From: Klebsormidium nitens
Lineage: Eukaryota > Plantae > Klebsormidiophyceae
NCBI GenBank assembly: GCA_000708835.1
Contig: DF237360.1
Span: 19,067-83,066, forward strand
Length of the DNA: 64,000 nt
Reading direction: 5' to 3'
Of the stretch, positions 37,303 to 49,100 are shown one piece after another (positions within the stretch are counted from its first letter, which is position 1; each line of letters opens with the position of its first letter). Under the pieces are notes generated by a model. That model was given only the letters and a program-made list of their open reading frames with translations, was not told where the DNA came from and did not search any database. The position numbers were made by a program, and so were the translations under genes.

Positions 37303-38589
37303 TCACCTCGGACGATCAAAAACTTTGTCACACCATACCGAAATGTTGCCATCCGATGCCAGAGCATCAGTCGCTAGGTCCCAAGTCAACCCATCGCTTA
37401 CTTCGATCTGAATCTCTATGTTTTCCCTACCTTGCCGGCTACGCTTGTACGATGCCGATCTCCTCTCATTATCCCTTCCTATAGGAGACGGCTTTCCCGG
37501 CAGCAAAGCTCCGTTTCTATCAGATGGTGGCGCGCAAATTGGCTTCTCAATCTTACTTGTCCATGGCCGCGATTCAACCATAGGGGCAGCAACAAGCTTG
37601 CTCACTATACGACGCGCTTCCTTCTGTGCTGCTTGCCTGCCGCCGATTATTGTCGATGGGGACACAATCCATGCATGAGCAGGCCCCTCTACATTCAAAC
37701 ACCCAGACCACCCTTTAGGAGCAACCAGACCAAGAAAAGCCGAGCTCTTGTGCGGCTGCTTTGCTGGCTGGAGGAAGTTAGAGCTCTGCCCTTGCTTTCT
37801 CCGTGGTGCTGCTGAGACACTCGAAACAAGATTGAGGGCGGGGCCCCGAAGCCAGAAACTCGAACCGCGACAAGCGGCGACACCGCCATGCAGACGCAGT
37901 GTCTGGCTTTCAGGGCTCCAAGTCTACACAGGTGCCACACAAAGCAGGTGACATCAAGTTAGAACCTGACCTGACACTAAGGTTATGCAAGGCTAGGCTC
38001 AGGTATCAGAAGTAGGCATGGAATATGTCACTGATTTGCCTTCATTTCGAACATCTTGCTTGCCAAAGTGATGTCCAGAAAAAGGACTTGTCATGGTGGT
38101 CAAAAGCGAAAAGCTTCCAGCCATTCAAGGAGAGACTATGCAACTAATCCAAGGTGGATTGGATTGGCTCTGCTCAGCAAGTCACACCCTCACCATCGCC
38201 TCGCCCCTCAGTTGCAGCCCCGACGCAAGGTCCTGCACATAGACCCGGCCCTCCACATCCACGTCCCCACCACTTTCTCGCACTGAAGCCTTTTCTGACA
38301 TGAATCTGTAAGCGATTGCTCCTTTCATCAGGATTTCTCCTACCAAGCCCAATGCCAAGCCGCCACTCAGATCCTGGCCATACTCAACAGACGCAGACCT
38401 AATATGCCAAGCCAGCCTGGTCGTCCCTTCCAAGTCGAGCTCGTAGTTTTGCCACACTACACCTTCAGAATAAAGCACTGGCTTCTCTGAATCCTTCGAA
38501 TTGCGCGTCAGCTTTTCCTGCTCTGCTGTCGAGTTGACGTGGTGCGAGGAAGCAGGACCGTGGTTGCTCCTTGATCCAACTTGTCCCAT
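37303..38589 (-). CDS. lptC: LptC-like (LPS-export periplasmic beta-jellyroll) protein of cyanobacterial type, at least 2 exons, >=338 aa; 5' end unresolved
   Basis: Exon 38589-38194 (donor ATG|GTGAGG) joins in phase 0 to exon 37923-37303 (acceptor TGTAG|ACT, open to the stop). The joined sequence AWHIRSASVEYGQD..GEILMKGAIAYRFMSEKASV..GRVYVQDLASGLQLRGEAMTWSPESQTLRL and the C-terminal SDGLTWDLATDALASDGNISV follow my recollection of long cyanobacterial LptC (W.vka..a.Y.qD, Ge...dG...Y...a.kg, G.v...D...G..LrG..l.W.P, ..LtW......e.eGnv). The reading frame is well supported; the family call is from memory. Confidence 0.6.
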
Positions 38590-40109
38590 ATTTGCAGAGA
38601 ACTATGTACAGAGTCAGGATAAGGCGGCTAGAGCACCAAACAAATGGGAGCTTCAGCATTCCCAAGACGTGATTAAAGGTTCGTGAGTGATTGCCATGAG
38701 GGCAGTGCTCGCTTCAAGGTCAATGAAGGGCTTGACAAGCTTGTCAGACAGAAGTGGAAGCAATGCCAGGAAGGGAGCTGGGCACTAGCTAGGAGGCCAC
38801 TCGCCCGCCAAGTGACTGATTCAAGCCAATGCTGCAAATGCCTGCCGCCATCAATCCTCCACAAGCTCAGAACATTCATCCGTAGCCCGTCCTAGTCCCT
38901 TCGTATCAGCTATACAAGCTTCGGAGTTCTTTTGAACCATCATTCTCCTTGTGATCGTAGAGAAGTTTCTTGCAAAACCTAGAAAATGTGCAATAGTAGC
39001 GACCTATCGTGTTTCTAACTGTAATTTGTAAAGCGATTGCATCACGAAACAAGGGCAAGACCTGTGCGCGCTGATTGTCCTGTGCAAAGCTGCACAAACC
39101 TGGCCGTGAGCCCGTCCTTTCTAGCGGGACAACAGCTGCTCCTGATCTTCCAAGTAGAAACAAAGCATCTCTCCGAATCTACCGTACGAGCCCCAGAACC
39201 GAATCGGGTCCAGAAGTGGATCGAGCTGACCCAGAAGTGGATCAATTTGTTTGTTATCTTGTTCCAGTCTACGCCGATCGCCGATACCTATAGTCGTTTT
39301 GCATTTTATGACCAAAAACAAAGGTTTTCAGGGCTGCAAGGACCTCCTCTTGGCCAAATTTTAATCCGTTTGCAGCCCTAGATGAGGTTTAGAAAAAGAG
39401 GATATGCGGCGAAAACTGATCGCAAATTGGTTCAGATTTGATCACAGCATTGCAGATAAACGCTCAAAAAATAAGGTGAGCCGGTATAGGGTCCCGTACG
39501 GTAGGTACAAAACAGAAGCTGCCAACAAACAAAACCATGCACTGATCAATCCATGAAAATGGTGAAGTTAAGCTTATAAGTGAAGCTTCTCTGGTACCTA
39601 CCTACGTGCTGGACATTTGTGTTGCAACACAAATGTCCATGGCACAGATTTGTCGCGGCGACCTTCGCAATAGAGGTCCGCTCAGGACAGTCGCTCCAAT
39701 GGACAGCGATAAACCCAATCGGACGGTCAGTATCGCTCAGATGAGGTTTCGACTTCCCGCTGTTTTTTACGAACAAGAAAGAAGGGTGGCCAAATTTGTG
39801 CTTCTGCCAGTGCTGCTTCTGAGGACGCTTTTTCGATACGGCCAGCTATTCAGAAAGAGGAGAAGCTGGGGCGCTCACAACTGAATGCATTGGGCAAGCT
39901 GGGTGACGCTGGGTAACGGGCAATTGGAGGGATCGCCTGCGGAAGTTCTGGTCCTGAGTACCGTGCGATCAAGGAGGCGTGCACATCAACTCTTGTCAGG
40001 GGCCAGATTAGAGTCGCTCTGCTGCTGACCAGGCGTCTTGTTAAAAAAGAACTGCTGAAAGTTGGAGGAGCTCACTTGGTAAACTGTGGGTTCCTTCCAT
40101 ATAAGAAGT
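38590..40109. promoter_or_regulatory. Divergent intergenic region, LptC-like / SMC4; contains a perfect 30-bp palindrome
   Basis: TGGACATTTGTGTTGCAACACAAATGTCCA at 39610-39639. The region may hide an upstream exon of the LptC-like gene. Confidence 0.45.
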
Positions 40110-43100
40110 ATGGGCCGGGAGATGGTAACTTCCCCTGGGGCAGGCGAAGGGCGGCAGTCGCAGGTCCCCAGGCTAGTAATCACACGCATGGAGCTTGTGA
40201 ACTTCAAGTCCTATGCCGGCACAAAATCCATAGGCCCCTTTCACAAGGTAAGACTGGCTCGTTTCATGAGTAATGTAGTTGGTCGCCGTTGCATATCCAA
40301 ACGAAGGTAACAGCCAAACACTGTTTGGAATGCGGAGACCTTTGGAAGTCCTCTGCCTTTCAGTCTTGCTGGAAGGGGCCAACGTGCAGCCCACGCTGTT
40401 GTAGATCAATTGATCGTAAAATGGGCTTGCTTTCTGCTATGAAGGGTGTGAGTGTGATGCCCAGTCTACAGCCAAAGGAATGCTGTCATTCAAGAGCGAC
40501 ACCTGGTGGACCTGGAGAATCCTCAACGATTACCCGACGATAGGAAGCCTCAGCATTTGCAAATCTAAGAATCCAAGATTGCATGGCACTGCCAGTAGCA
40601 AAACCGTGTGACTGTGACCAACTCGTCTAGAAGATCTTGGTGAATGGACTGCAAGTTCTCTGCTAGAACCTCCTCTGCATAATGTGGTGGCAGTCTCGCA
40701 ACGGACTTACGAAAGCTCTGATAGAGCAATCTTCTGCCACGATTCCTTCTTTTTTCTGCTCTTTCTCCCCCAAGGTCGCCGCTTATGTAGCGCCTGTACT
40801 CCTGCAGTGCTTCTCTTCTGTTGTTGGTCCAAATGGGAGCGGGAAGTCGAACGTCATCGACGCCATGCTCTTTGTTTTTGGGAAGAAGGCAAAGCAGGTA
40901 TGTCCGCTGAAACCTTACCGTGGCAGCCAGAAAGTTTTCCCTGCGTTGCCTCTCCCCAAGGGCTTTTCGCAAGCACATCTTGAGTTCATGGTGGTAGATT
41001 AATGGTGCACATCTGATTAGCAGAGTGGTAATGTGGGTCAAGAATGCTCACACAGTTTCGTCATTCAAGATTCTGCCCGCTGTGGAGTTTGGAGTGTAAA
41101 GGCTCCCATAGCTAGCGTTGCAAGTATCGTTTATCATCGCCAACACTGATGAGGCACAATGATCGGACAGAAAATGTTGCCCCCCCATGTCTGCAGCTAC
41201 GGCTCAACAAAGTCTCGGAGCTGATCCACAACTCGACAAACCATCAGAACCTGCCTTATGCAGAGGTCTCGGTATACTTCCAGATGATCGTTGACTTGGT
41301 AAGCGATCCATTCTTTCCAGACCAGTGTGTCTCCAAAGTTGCTGGACCTTCAGACATGATCAAAGCTGGTCATGCCTCTCGTAGGGCAGAATTACTTTGG
41401 AGGCCATTGAACAATGATATCTACACGCAAGCCCTGGGCAATCTTTGAATACGTCCTTCTCCGGGGGAGGGACCCCAGCGACCATCCACTGTACAGAACT
41501 TTCCGTTCATAGAGAAGAAGGTTCGAACTAACCAGATAGACATGACATACTCTGTTCAATGATCGACGTGCAGGATGATGAGAACTCAGAGCCCGTGCCG
41601 GGGACTGAGCTCGTGGTAACTAGGCGCGCCAACCGGGACAACAGTTCTAAGTACATGATCAACGGCAGGAACAGCACGTTCACAGAGGTCACGGAACTGC
41701 TCAAAGGGAAGGGCATCGACCTTGACAACAACCGCTTCCTGATCCTCCAGGTGGGGTGCTGTGCTCTCTTTCAGTGAATTGCAAACTTTCAAGGTTTGTG
41801 CCCATACCAACTTGACATGGGCGGTGGCTGAGTTGCGATTGGCAGTGGCTGAGGTGTATTTAGCAGAATGACATGTATCAGGCTGCGTCAAGCAAATAGT
41901 CCCAGTCAAGCCGTTCGCTGCTTCGATTCGCTACCCGCATCCAGGGCTTTCCACCAGAGGTCAACCATCCACTTGCTGAAGTAATTGCTTCACGAAGAGC
42001 CTTCCTGTGCTAGACTCATGGTATGCACAGTCGCAAGCTCCAGGTGAGCGCCGCTTTCAAGGCCCTGTTTCTGAGGCGTGTGTTGCTGCTCAGGGCGAGG
42101 TGGAGCAGATTGCCATGATGAAGCCCAAGGCGCAAGGCCCCCACGACGAGGGCCTCCTCGAGTACCTCTCAGACATCATCGGCTGCGACCACTACAACGA
42201 GCGCATCGACCAGGCCAGCCAAAAGTGAGCAAGGATCCTGGCTTTGGATTCGTTTTGGTGGAGCGGGGTTTCAAAGGGTTGCACTTGCAAGTATGTTCTG
42301 ATGCAGTCACACAACGGCTGAACTAAGAAGTCTGATGGCCTGTCTCCGAAAAGATTTGAGTCCGGTTCTGCAGATTGACCGCTTTGAGATTAGACAGCCG
42401 GTTGAGCTGTGCTGGCGTGTTGGTGCATTCTTGTACCTCACCGGTGGTCCTACTCAAATTTGATATCATATTCCTTGAAAAATCCCGTGCCTGTTTGTCT
42501 CGAATATAGAAGTTCCACGTCGCTTCAAAACGAGCTTGCCGTCAGGTGTGGTTGTGAGAGTTCGTTTCGTCGTCTCTGTTCGGATCACGAGCTGGTCGAT
42601 CGAAGCTCTAAGGCATCTGTCTCTGCAGGGTCGAGCAACTGAGCGAGGAGCGCACAGGGAAGCTCCAGCATGTCAAGATTGCGGAGAAGCAGATGTCCAG
42701 CCTCGAGGTAAGTCTGAGCTCTGGAAGTCACCCCATGAGGAAAATCAGCAGGCTCCTTTGCAAGGAGACTGGTACCAGCTTTGAGCGAACCTCGAAGCAG
42801 ACAGGAAGCAGATCATGGAAAGCGTCAGGCTTTGGACAGGCTCACCTCGCGGTTGTTGTCTCTATTCGACATTATCAAGAGCACCCCTCCTCATTTGCCG
42901 TTACAAATTCGCGGTCTCGTCGAAGTTGACTAGCTTGTGCAGATTTTGGGCTGCCATACAAGAACTCGTGGCTTCAAAGTCGTCCTGTTGGGTGCTAGTA
43001 CTGATTCCTTTGTCGGTGGGACACGTTCTGATACTAACGTTTTTCTTCTTGCAGGGCGCCAAGACTGAGGCGGAGCTGTTCATCCGGAAGGAGTCGGAGC

Positions 43101-46100
43101 TGCTCCAGGCTAAGGTAATCGACCTGCAGCTGTGCCTGGAGGAGAACGAGCGCGCGCTCGTGACCAATAAGGCCAACCAGGCCGCACTTGAGAAGAAGCT
43201 CGAGGAGGAACGGTGAGCGTGATTCTTGTGGTTATGCTGTCGAGAAACATGGTAAAATGAATTGAACGCCATGCTGATCTATGCAATTTTGTAAGCTGAG
43301 AAAGGACCTCGTTCAGAGTACCCATCCCTAACCTGATTCTTGGAGCAATTAGTGCCGAAGCCGGCAGGTAGCGCTGCAAAAGACGTCGTGTCGTGTACCG
43401 AGTTCGAGAGTTCACTGCTCCTCTCAGCGTTTTCCCAAGCGTTACATTCTTATGAGGCGATAGGAGCAGAGGGCCCCCAACGATCGACACGTCTGCGAGT
43501 GGGAATTGGGAGTTGAATCTGCGGCATACGCACTATTCAAAGGACTAGCACGTAATTGTTCAGCATCTGCGCTCGTCCTTCCCTACGGCAAGCTCCAAAG
43601 TGATGCATTTTCGACTTCTTTCGCTACAGCGCCAAGCGGGCCGACGACGAAGCGCAGGCCAAGGTACTGGAGAAGGAGTTTACCGTCCACCGGAAGGCCT
43701 TCGAGGTCAGCATCCGTTCCCTTATGGTGGTTCCGACCTTTGAAACTTTCGTTCTTGGACCAGAAACAACGTCACGCTGTTCGTCAAACGTGGCCCCCTT
43801 ACCAATTGCGGTGAAAGGTCACCAACGAATATTGAATCGTCTATCGTCCTGTATTTCGAGTTCCGAAACTGCCAAACGGTGCTAAATCTGGCGTCGACAT
43901 AAGCTGCCAAGTTTCCGGTGGTATCACGTATGGAGTAACATATTCAGACCGGCAATTGGTATTAGACTTCAGACTGCTGTTCCTTCGAGCCGCCCCTCAA
44001 AAGGCGGGGGGTCCCACCATAGTCTTGCTTCCCAGCCCTCTGCAACGTCATCCTTCCCGTTCGTTGACCTCGTCCTACCTCTCGGTCCCCCATCCTAGTT
44101 CGTGAGCGATGCCTTTGGTGTATGCGTTTGTATGTGAAAGAATTATCAACCACCCCGTGAGCTCCAATCCTGCTCTTTTCAACATCCGCAGCGCGTCTAT
44201 TGCTATCGTTTTCGTCTGCTGACGTGTAGTTTCTTCTCTGTCCTCGTGCAGAAAATCGAGAAGGAGCTGGACAGCGCCAAGGAGCAGTTCGCCGAGTTCG
44301 AGCGCAAGGACGTCAAACTCCGCGAGGATCTGAAGCACCTCAAGGAGAAGCTGAAGAAGCTCGACCAGAAAGCCAAAAAGGTGCGCTCCGCGCCCACATA
44401 TCTTACGTAGAAGCACTTGCCCCGATGGCGATGGGTTGCTCGCCCGTAGGTGCTGACCATTCTGCGCCAGCCGACAGTAAGCTCTTGCCCGCGCGAAGGT
44501 CAGCAATCAGACCACTTTTTAGAAGTGCCCTCGAACCGAGAAGCTTGTGCTTCATACAAGAACGTCTGAAGTCTTTCGTCCCTAGTCTGAAACAACGGTT
44601 CTGGCTCTCTAAAAGGTCATCCACGAAGTCTCGGCGACCTTATTAGAGAGGCATCCGGCTGAAATATGTTCATTGCTGGCTTTCAGGACGTCCAAAAGCG
44701 GGCAGAGCTGGAGAAGGAGTCTGCGGACGCTGTGGAAAGCATCCCGCGGCTCGAGGGGGAGCACGCGCAACTGGTAGCGGACCTGCCGGCGCAGGAGAAG
44801 CTGCTCGACGAGTACAAGGAGAAAGCCAAAGGTAGGTCATGTGGAGAGCTTCCTTTTCTGGGCGCATCTCAGACCTATGATGCGAGCATATTCAAATACA
44901 TTGTAACCAATTGATGCGCAACTCAGCGCAGGAACAGAAAGGACAAGAGTTGAATGGTCAGATTTCGCGTTTCTCCTGTAGGGACAGTTGAAACAACTGC
45001 TTCTACATGTTGAGAGACCTGTTCCTCCACATCCAGGCTCTTCCGAAGCCATTGAAATTACGACGCTGTATCAGACCGACCGTCAAAACGTCTTCCGTCT
45101 TTTACCAGTGTGCCAGTCTTTCCCTCTCCAACACGGTCGCTTAATCGAGGACGATAATGGATACCATCTACAAATTCTGCTGTCCGTTCGTCCGCTGCAG
45201 CCGAGATGGAGCAGTACCGTGAAAAGCTGCAGGCGGTGCATGGGGAGCTGGAGCCGTTCGAGAAGGACATGAGTGAAACCAAGGCCAGGATGGACGTCGC
45301 GACGGCCGAGCGGAACCTGCTCGTCGAGAAAGTGAGCCAATTCTTATATGATTTTTAAATAAGTTTGAAAAATTTCTTGATAGCCCACTGCGATTTCCTT
45401 CCGGAACCGGGATGCCTCAGGAGACTGCCTGTCGCTCGAACCAGTTTGCGCGCATTCAGCGTCACTCATACGTATAGGAGTGGCAGAAGGCGCTCCTGTA
45501 CTGTAAGAGGAGCCTATGTGTGTTCAAACGTTTTGACGCCCAGGCAATGCTGGAGTGTTGCACTTGGGTAGGTATGTCGCATAACATGCCCTATCACAAT
45601 GGCTTGCCGTTAAATATCCGTTGTCAACACGGTTTTGGACCGGGAGACTATCGTTCGGGTCATCCATGTTACCCAGTCGCAGATCCTCCTGCTCTGCAAG
45701 CCTGCAGAAATCTTTGTACCCTTGAGGTCGCAGATATGTTGACCGAGATAGCCGGGTATGTACCCTTAGAACGTTGTGGAAACGTCCCGGGATTGAATCC
45801 GGCAATATAGGGATTCAGCGAATGCAACTGGTTGATGGACGTCCAATGGAATGCGTCCGTTTGTCATCCTGTTCTAGCTTCTTCGTTAGTTAAGGCATGC
45901 TTATCCTAATCATGAAGTCTGCTTAACCTAGTACTTGCACGATTGCGCCACGTGTTGCACGCTTACAGGCTAGTCGAGTCGATCTGGCACCGATGATGCC
46001 GGTTTTCTCCCTGCAGCACGCCTCTGCCGAAAAGGCCTTTGCAGACGCGTCTGCCTCTCGGACGGAAACGGAGGCGCGCATTGCGGACACCGAGAAGGAG

Positions 46101-49100
46101 ATCCGGACCATCTCGGGCAGCCTGCAGCAGAAAAAGGCCGATGCAACGGCGGCTCGTGACGAGGAGAAGGTATGGTTGCTTGTACTTCGTTGCAGAATAA
46201 TATGACGAGCGCTTTGATGCAATCAGCATTTTCGTCAAGCAGGACTCTGCTTTCTAGTGAAAGTCACGATTCTATGGGACATTGCTTAGTTGGGAAGCTC
46301 GGTTTCGTATCGCAGGTGGTGTTTTGGCGGATTGACCCTCTAGCTCCTTGTTCGATCGCACTGTCCACCACTACCGTGTGTCGATTGACAGGACTGATCA
46401 CCGTGATCAAAGGTTTCGCTTCAGCTTTAGTTGATCTTGCGACCTATCATTACAATTTATAATAACTCAAGATCTGCACTATACTGGCCCTTATGGACGC
46501 ATCCGGTTCTTTTTGCCAGGCTTGCCAAGCGTCCGAAGCCGCGGTCTCGTCCGAGGTCCAGATGCTGCGCGGACGGGTCGGCGAGCTGCGCTCCGCTCGC
46601 GACTCGGAGCAGAGCCGGGGCAGAATCTCCCAGGCGTTTACCGCGGCCAAAAGAGAGGGGCGCCTGCCCGGGTTCCTCGGCCGGTTGGGGGAGCTAGGCG
46701 CAATCAACGGTGGGTTCAACATTGTGAGAAAATTTGGGTTGGGTTTCTGATATCAGAAAATGAACTTCGTAAGTGGCCCGACACGAGCGAGTATGAATTT
46801 GGCGAATGTTTGAAGAGGCGAAAGTATGCGTGGCGGAACGATGTGTATGCTGCCTGCTTCGTAAATGAGGATGTTGCTTCGATGAAGCTTCCATTACAAC
46901 CAGAGATAGGTCCAAGAGCAGGAAACCCGTTTTGTCAAGGGCCTTACAGTTAGGGCAATAAAAAGAGATAGTTGCTTGAAGGCCTTCAGCTGAGCTAGTG
47001 AACGGCCGTTCCAGAAGCTTGACCGAGGCCCTCGATCCGACGAAAACAAGTAGCCTCTCTGTCAGCGGTTCCCAACTCAACAACTACGCGTCTGAAGCAA
47101 CGCCGGAAAGCCGCAAACTCCAAACTCAAGATGGGGTCTTAAGGATTGCCGAAATATTGAAGTGCTGCTTTCTTCGCAGCCAAGTATGACGTGGCCATCT
47201 CTACCGGGTGCTCCCAGCTGGACGCGTTTCTGGTCGACAATGCGGCTACCGCGCAGGCGTGCATCAAGATCCTTAAGGAACAGCAGTTGGGCATCGCTAC
47301 CTTCATAGCGCTGGTTAGTCATCTCGCACTGCTTTTTTCAATCAATCTGGTAAGATATTTGTCAGATAGAGTGGCCTTTCTCATCGCTTTTTGACTTACA
47401 GAGGCTTTGCCCTTTCTCCTCAGTGGAGCTCTCATCTTTCGAGATTGTCTCGGTTGTAGGTGCTACTTTCAAGGGTCCTGGCAGCGGAAGCAAGGCAAGC
47501 ACGTAGCTGTTCTGCGCTGCCAAGAGATCCGCACAGTCTCCATGCCTCGCCGCCCACTCCAACCCCTCTTGCATACATCGACTTCCCGAATAACGACCCA
47601 ACCCTTGGATTATATTCCCTACCAATCCGCTTCAAGTTACCCCCAACCTCAGTCCTCCCCTTTCCCTTTTCAACCCCCGGCTTCTCACCTCAATTTCCCG
47701 ACCCCTTTCAGGACAAGCAGCAGCACTTCCAGGCCGCCATGAACGACCCGGTGCAAACCCCCGAGCACGCCCCCCGCCTCTTCGACCTCATCACCTTTGC
47801 GGCCGAGCGGGTGAAGCCCGCCTTCTGGTACGCCCTGCGCAATACGCTGGTCGCGGACAATTTGGACCAAGCGCAGCGGATAGCGTATGGGCCCGACAAG
47901 CGCTTCCGACGGGTGGTCACGCTGCAGGGGCAGGTGGGTGCATTGGAACCGAAAGCGCTTTAAACGCGGTTTCTTTGTGTGGGACTCTCTTGGCTGGTCA
48001 TGTCCGCGAGATGGTCATGTCCGCGAGATCAGGCCTGGTGTGTCTCAGGACCCAGAAAAGCCCACCTGATTGAGAATCACTGTCTACTTTTCGCAGACGT
48101 CTTTCGTCTGTGATTGCCAGATGTTCAATTGCTCATGGGTTAGGGACAATCAGCGCGTTCCTCTTTGAGAGCAGTACTCAAGCTCCAAGTTCCTCAAAGC
48201 GTCGGTAAAGCCGCTCCTTCTTGAAAGGTGTCGAAGGCAGCCGGATGCTACTGGCGGCCGACACTCTCGCACTCGTGAACTTTCAAAACCCTGCAAGCTT
48301 TCGCCCCGAGCCCGTCAAGCCTGATTAAAATGGAGATACCCATCCGCACTTACAGCAGCGGACAGCGGATGCAGCGGACACGATGTCCAGGACTTGTTTG
48401 CTTCATCACGCACGTCGGCTTTCCAACTTCACCTTCTTATGTAGGAAAGCGTCTCCTATGTTGGTCAAATCATCGGAAGCAGCGGAGTCTATGGAAGGCG
48501 GCTGCTTGGTGCAGTGAGGACATTCGCAACCCCACCTCATCCGCAACATGTTTTTAAAAACCTACACCCAAGTATAAAACCTGAACCTAATCCCCAAGGC
48601 CAAACTTCTCGGGTAATCGAGAGCAGCGGGACTATGTCTTGCTGCGCTCCCAACACCTACATCCACAACCCTCCGCCGTACCTACATTCTATCAACTAAA
48701 CACATGGCTCTAATTCTCAAAATCATACCTAAACCTTACCATACCTAACCATAACCCCCAGGTGATTGAGAGCAGCGGGACTATGTCCGGCGGCGGCAAA
48801 CCCCAGAGCGGCAAAATGGGCTCGCGGCTGGACAAGGGTTTGGGGGTTTCGGACCGCGAGCTCGAGACGTTGGAGCGCCAACTGGCGGACAAGACGGCGC
48901 AGCTGGAGGAATTCCGGGCGCGGGGGCAGGCGGCCGGAACGGCGGCGGAACGGGCGGAACGGGAGCTGGCGGAGCTGGAGATGCGGCTGCCCAAGGCGAA
49001 GCTCGAGGTGAGGGGTTTTAAGGGATTGAGCCTGTTTCGGTTATTAAAGGTGGTTTTGTAGACGGACTTTTGGAGGGATAGAGGATCTTCTGAACGCACG

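Noticed and set aside
47530-48760. Interstitial telomeric repeats (CCCTA/AACCCT-rich tracts here and at 6485-6580, 7790-7850, 27990-28100)
   Set aside because: There are no perfect tandem telomere units; these are better explained as C-rich intron tails or local duplications.
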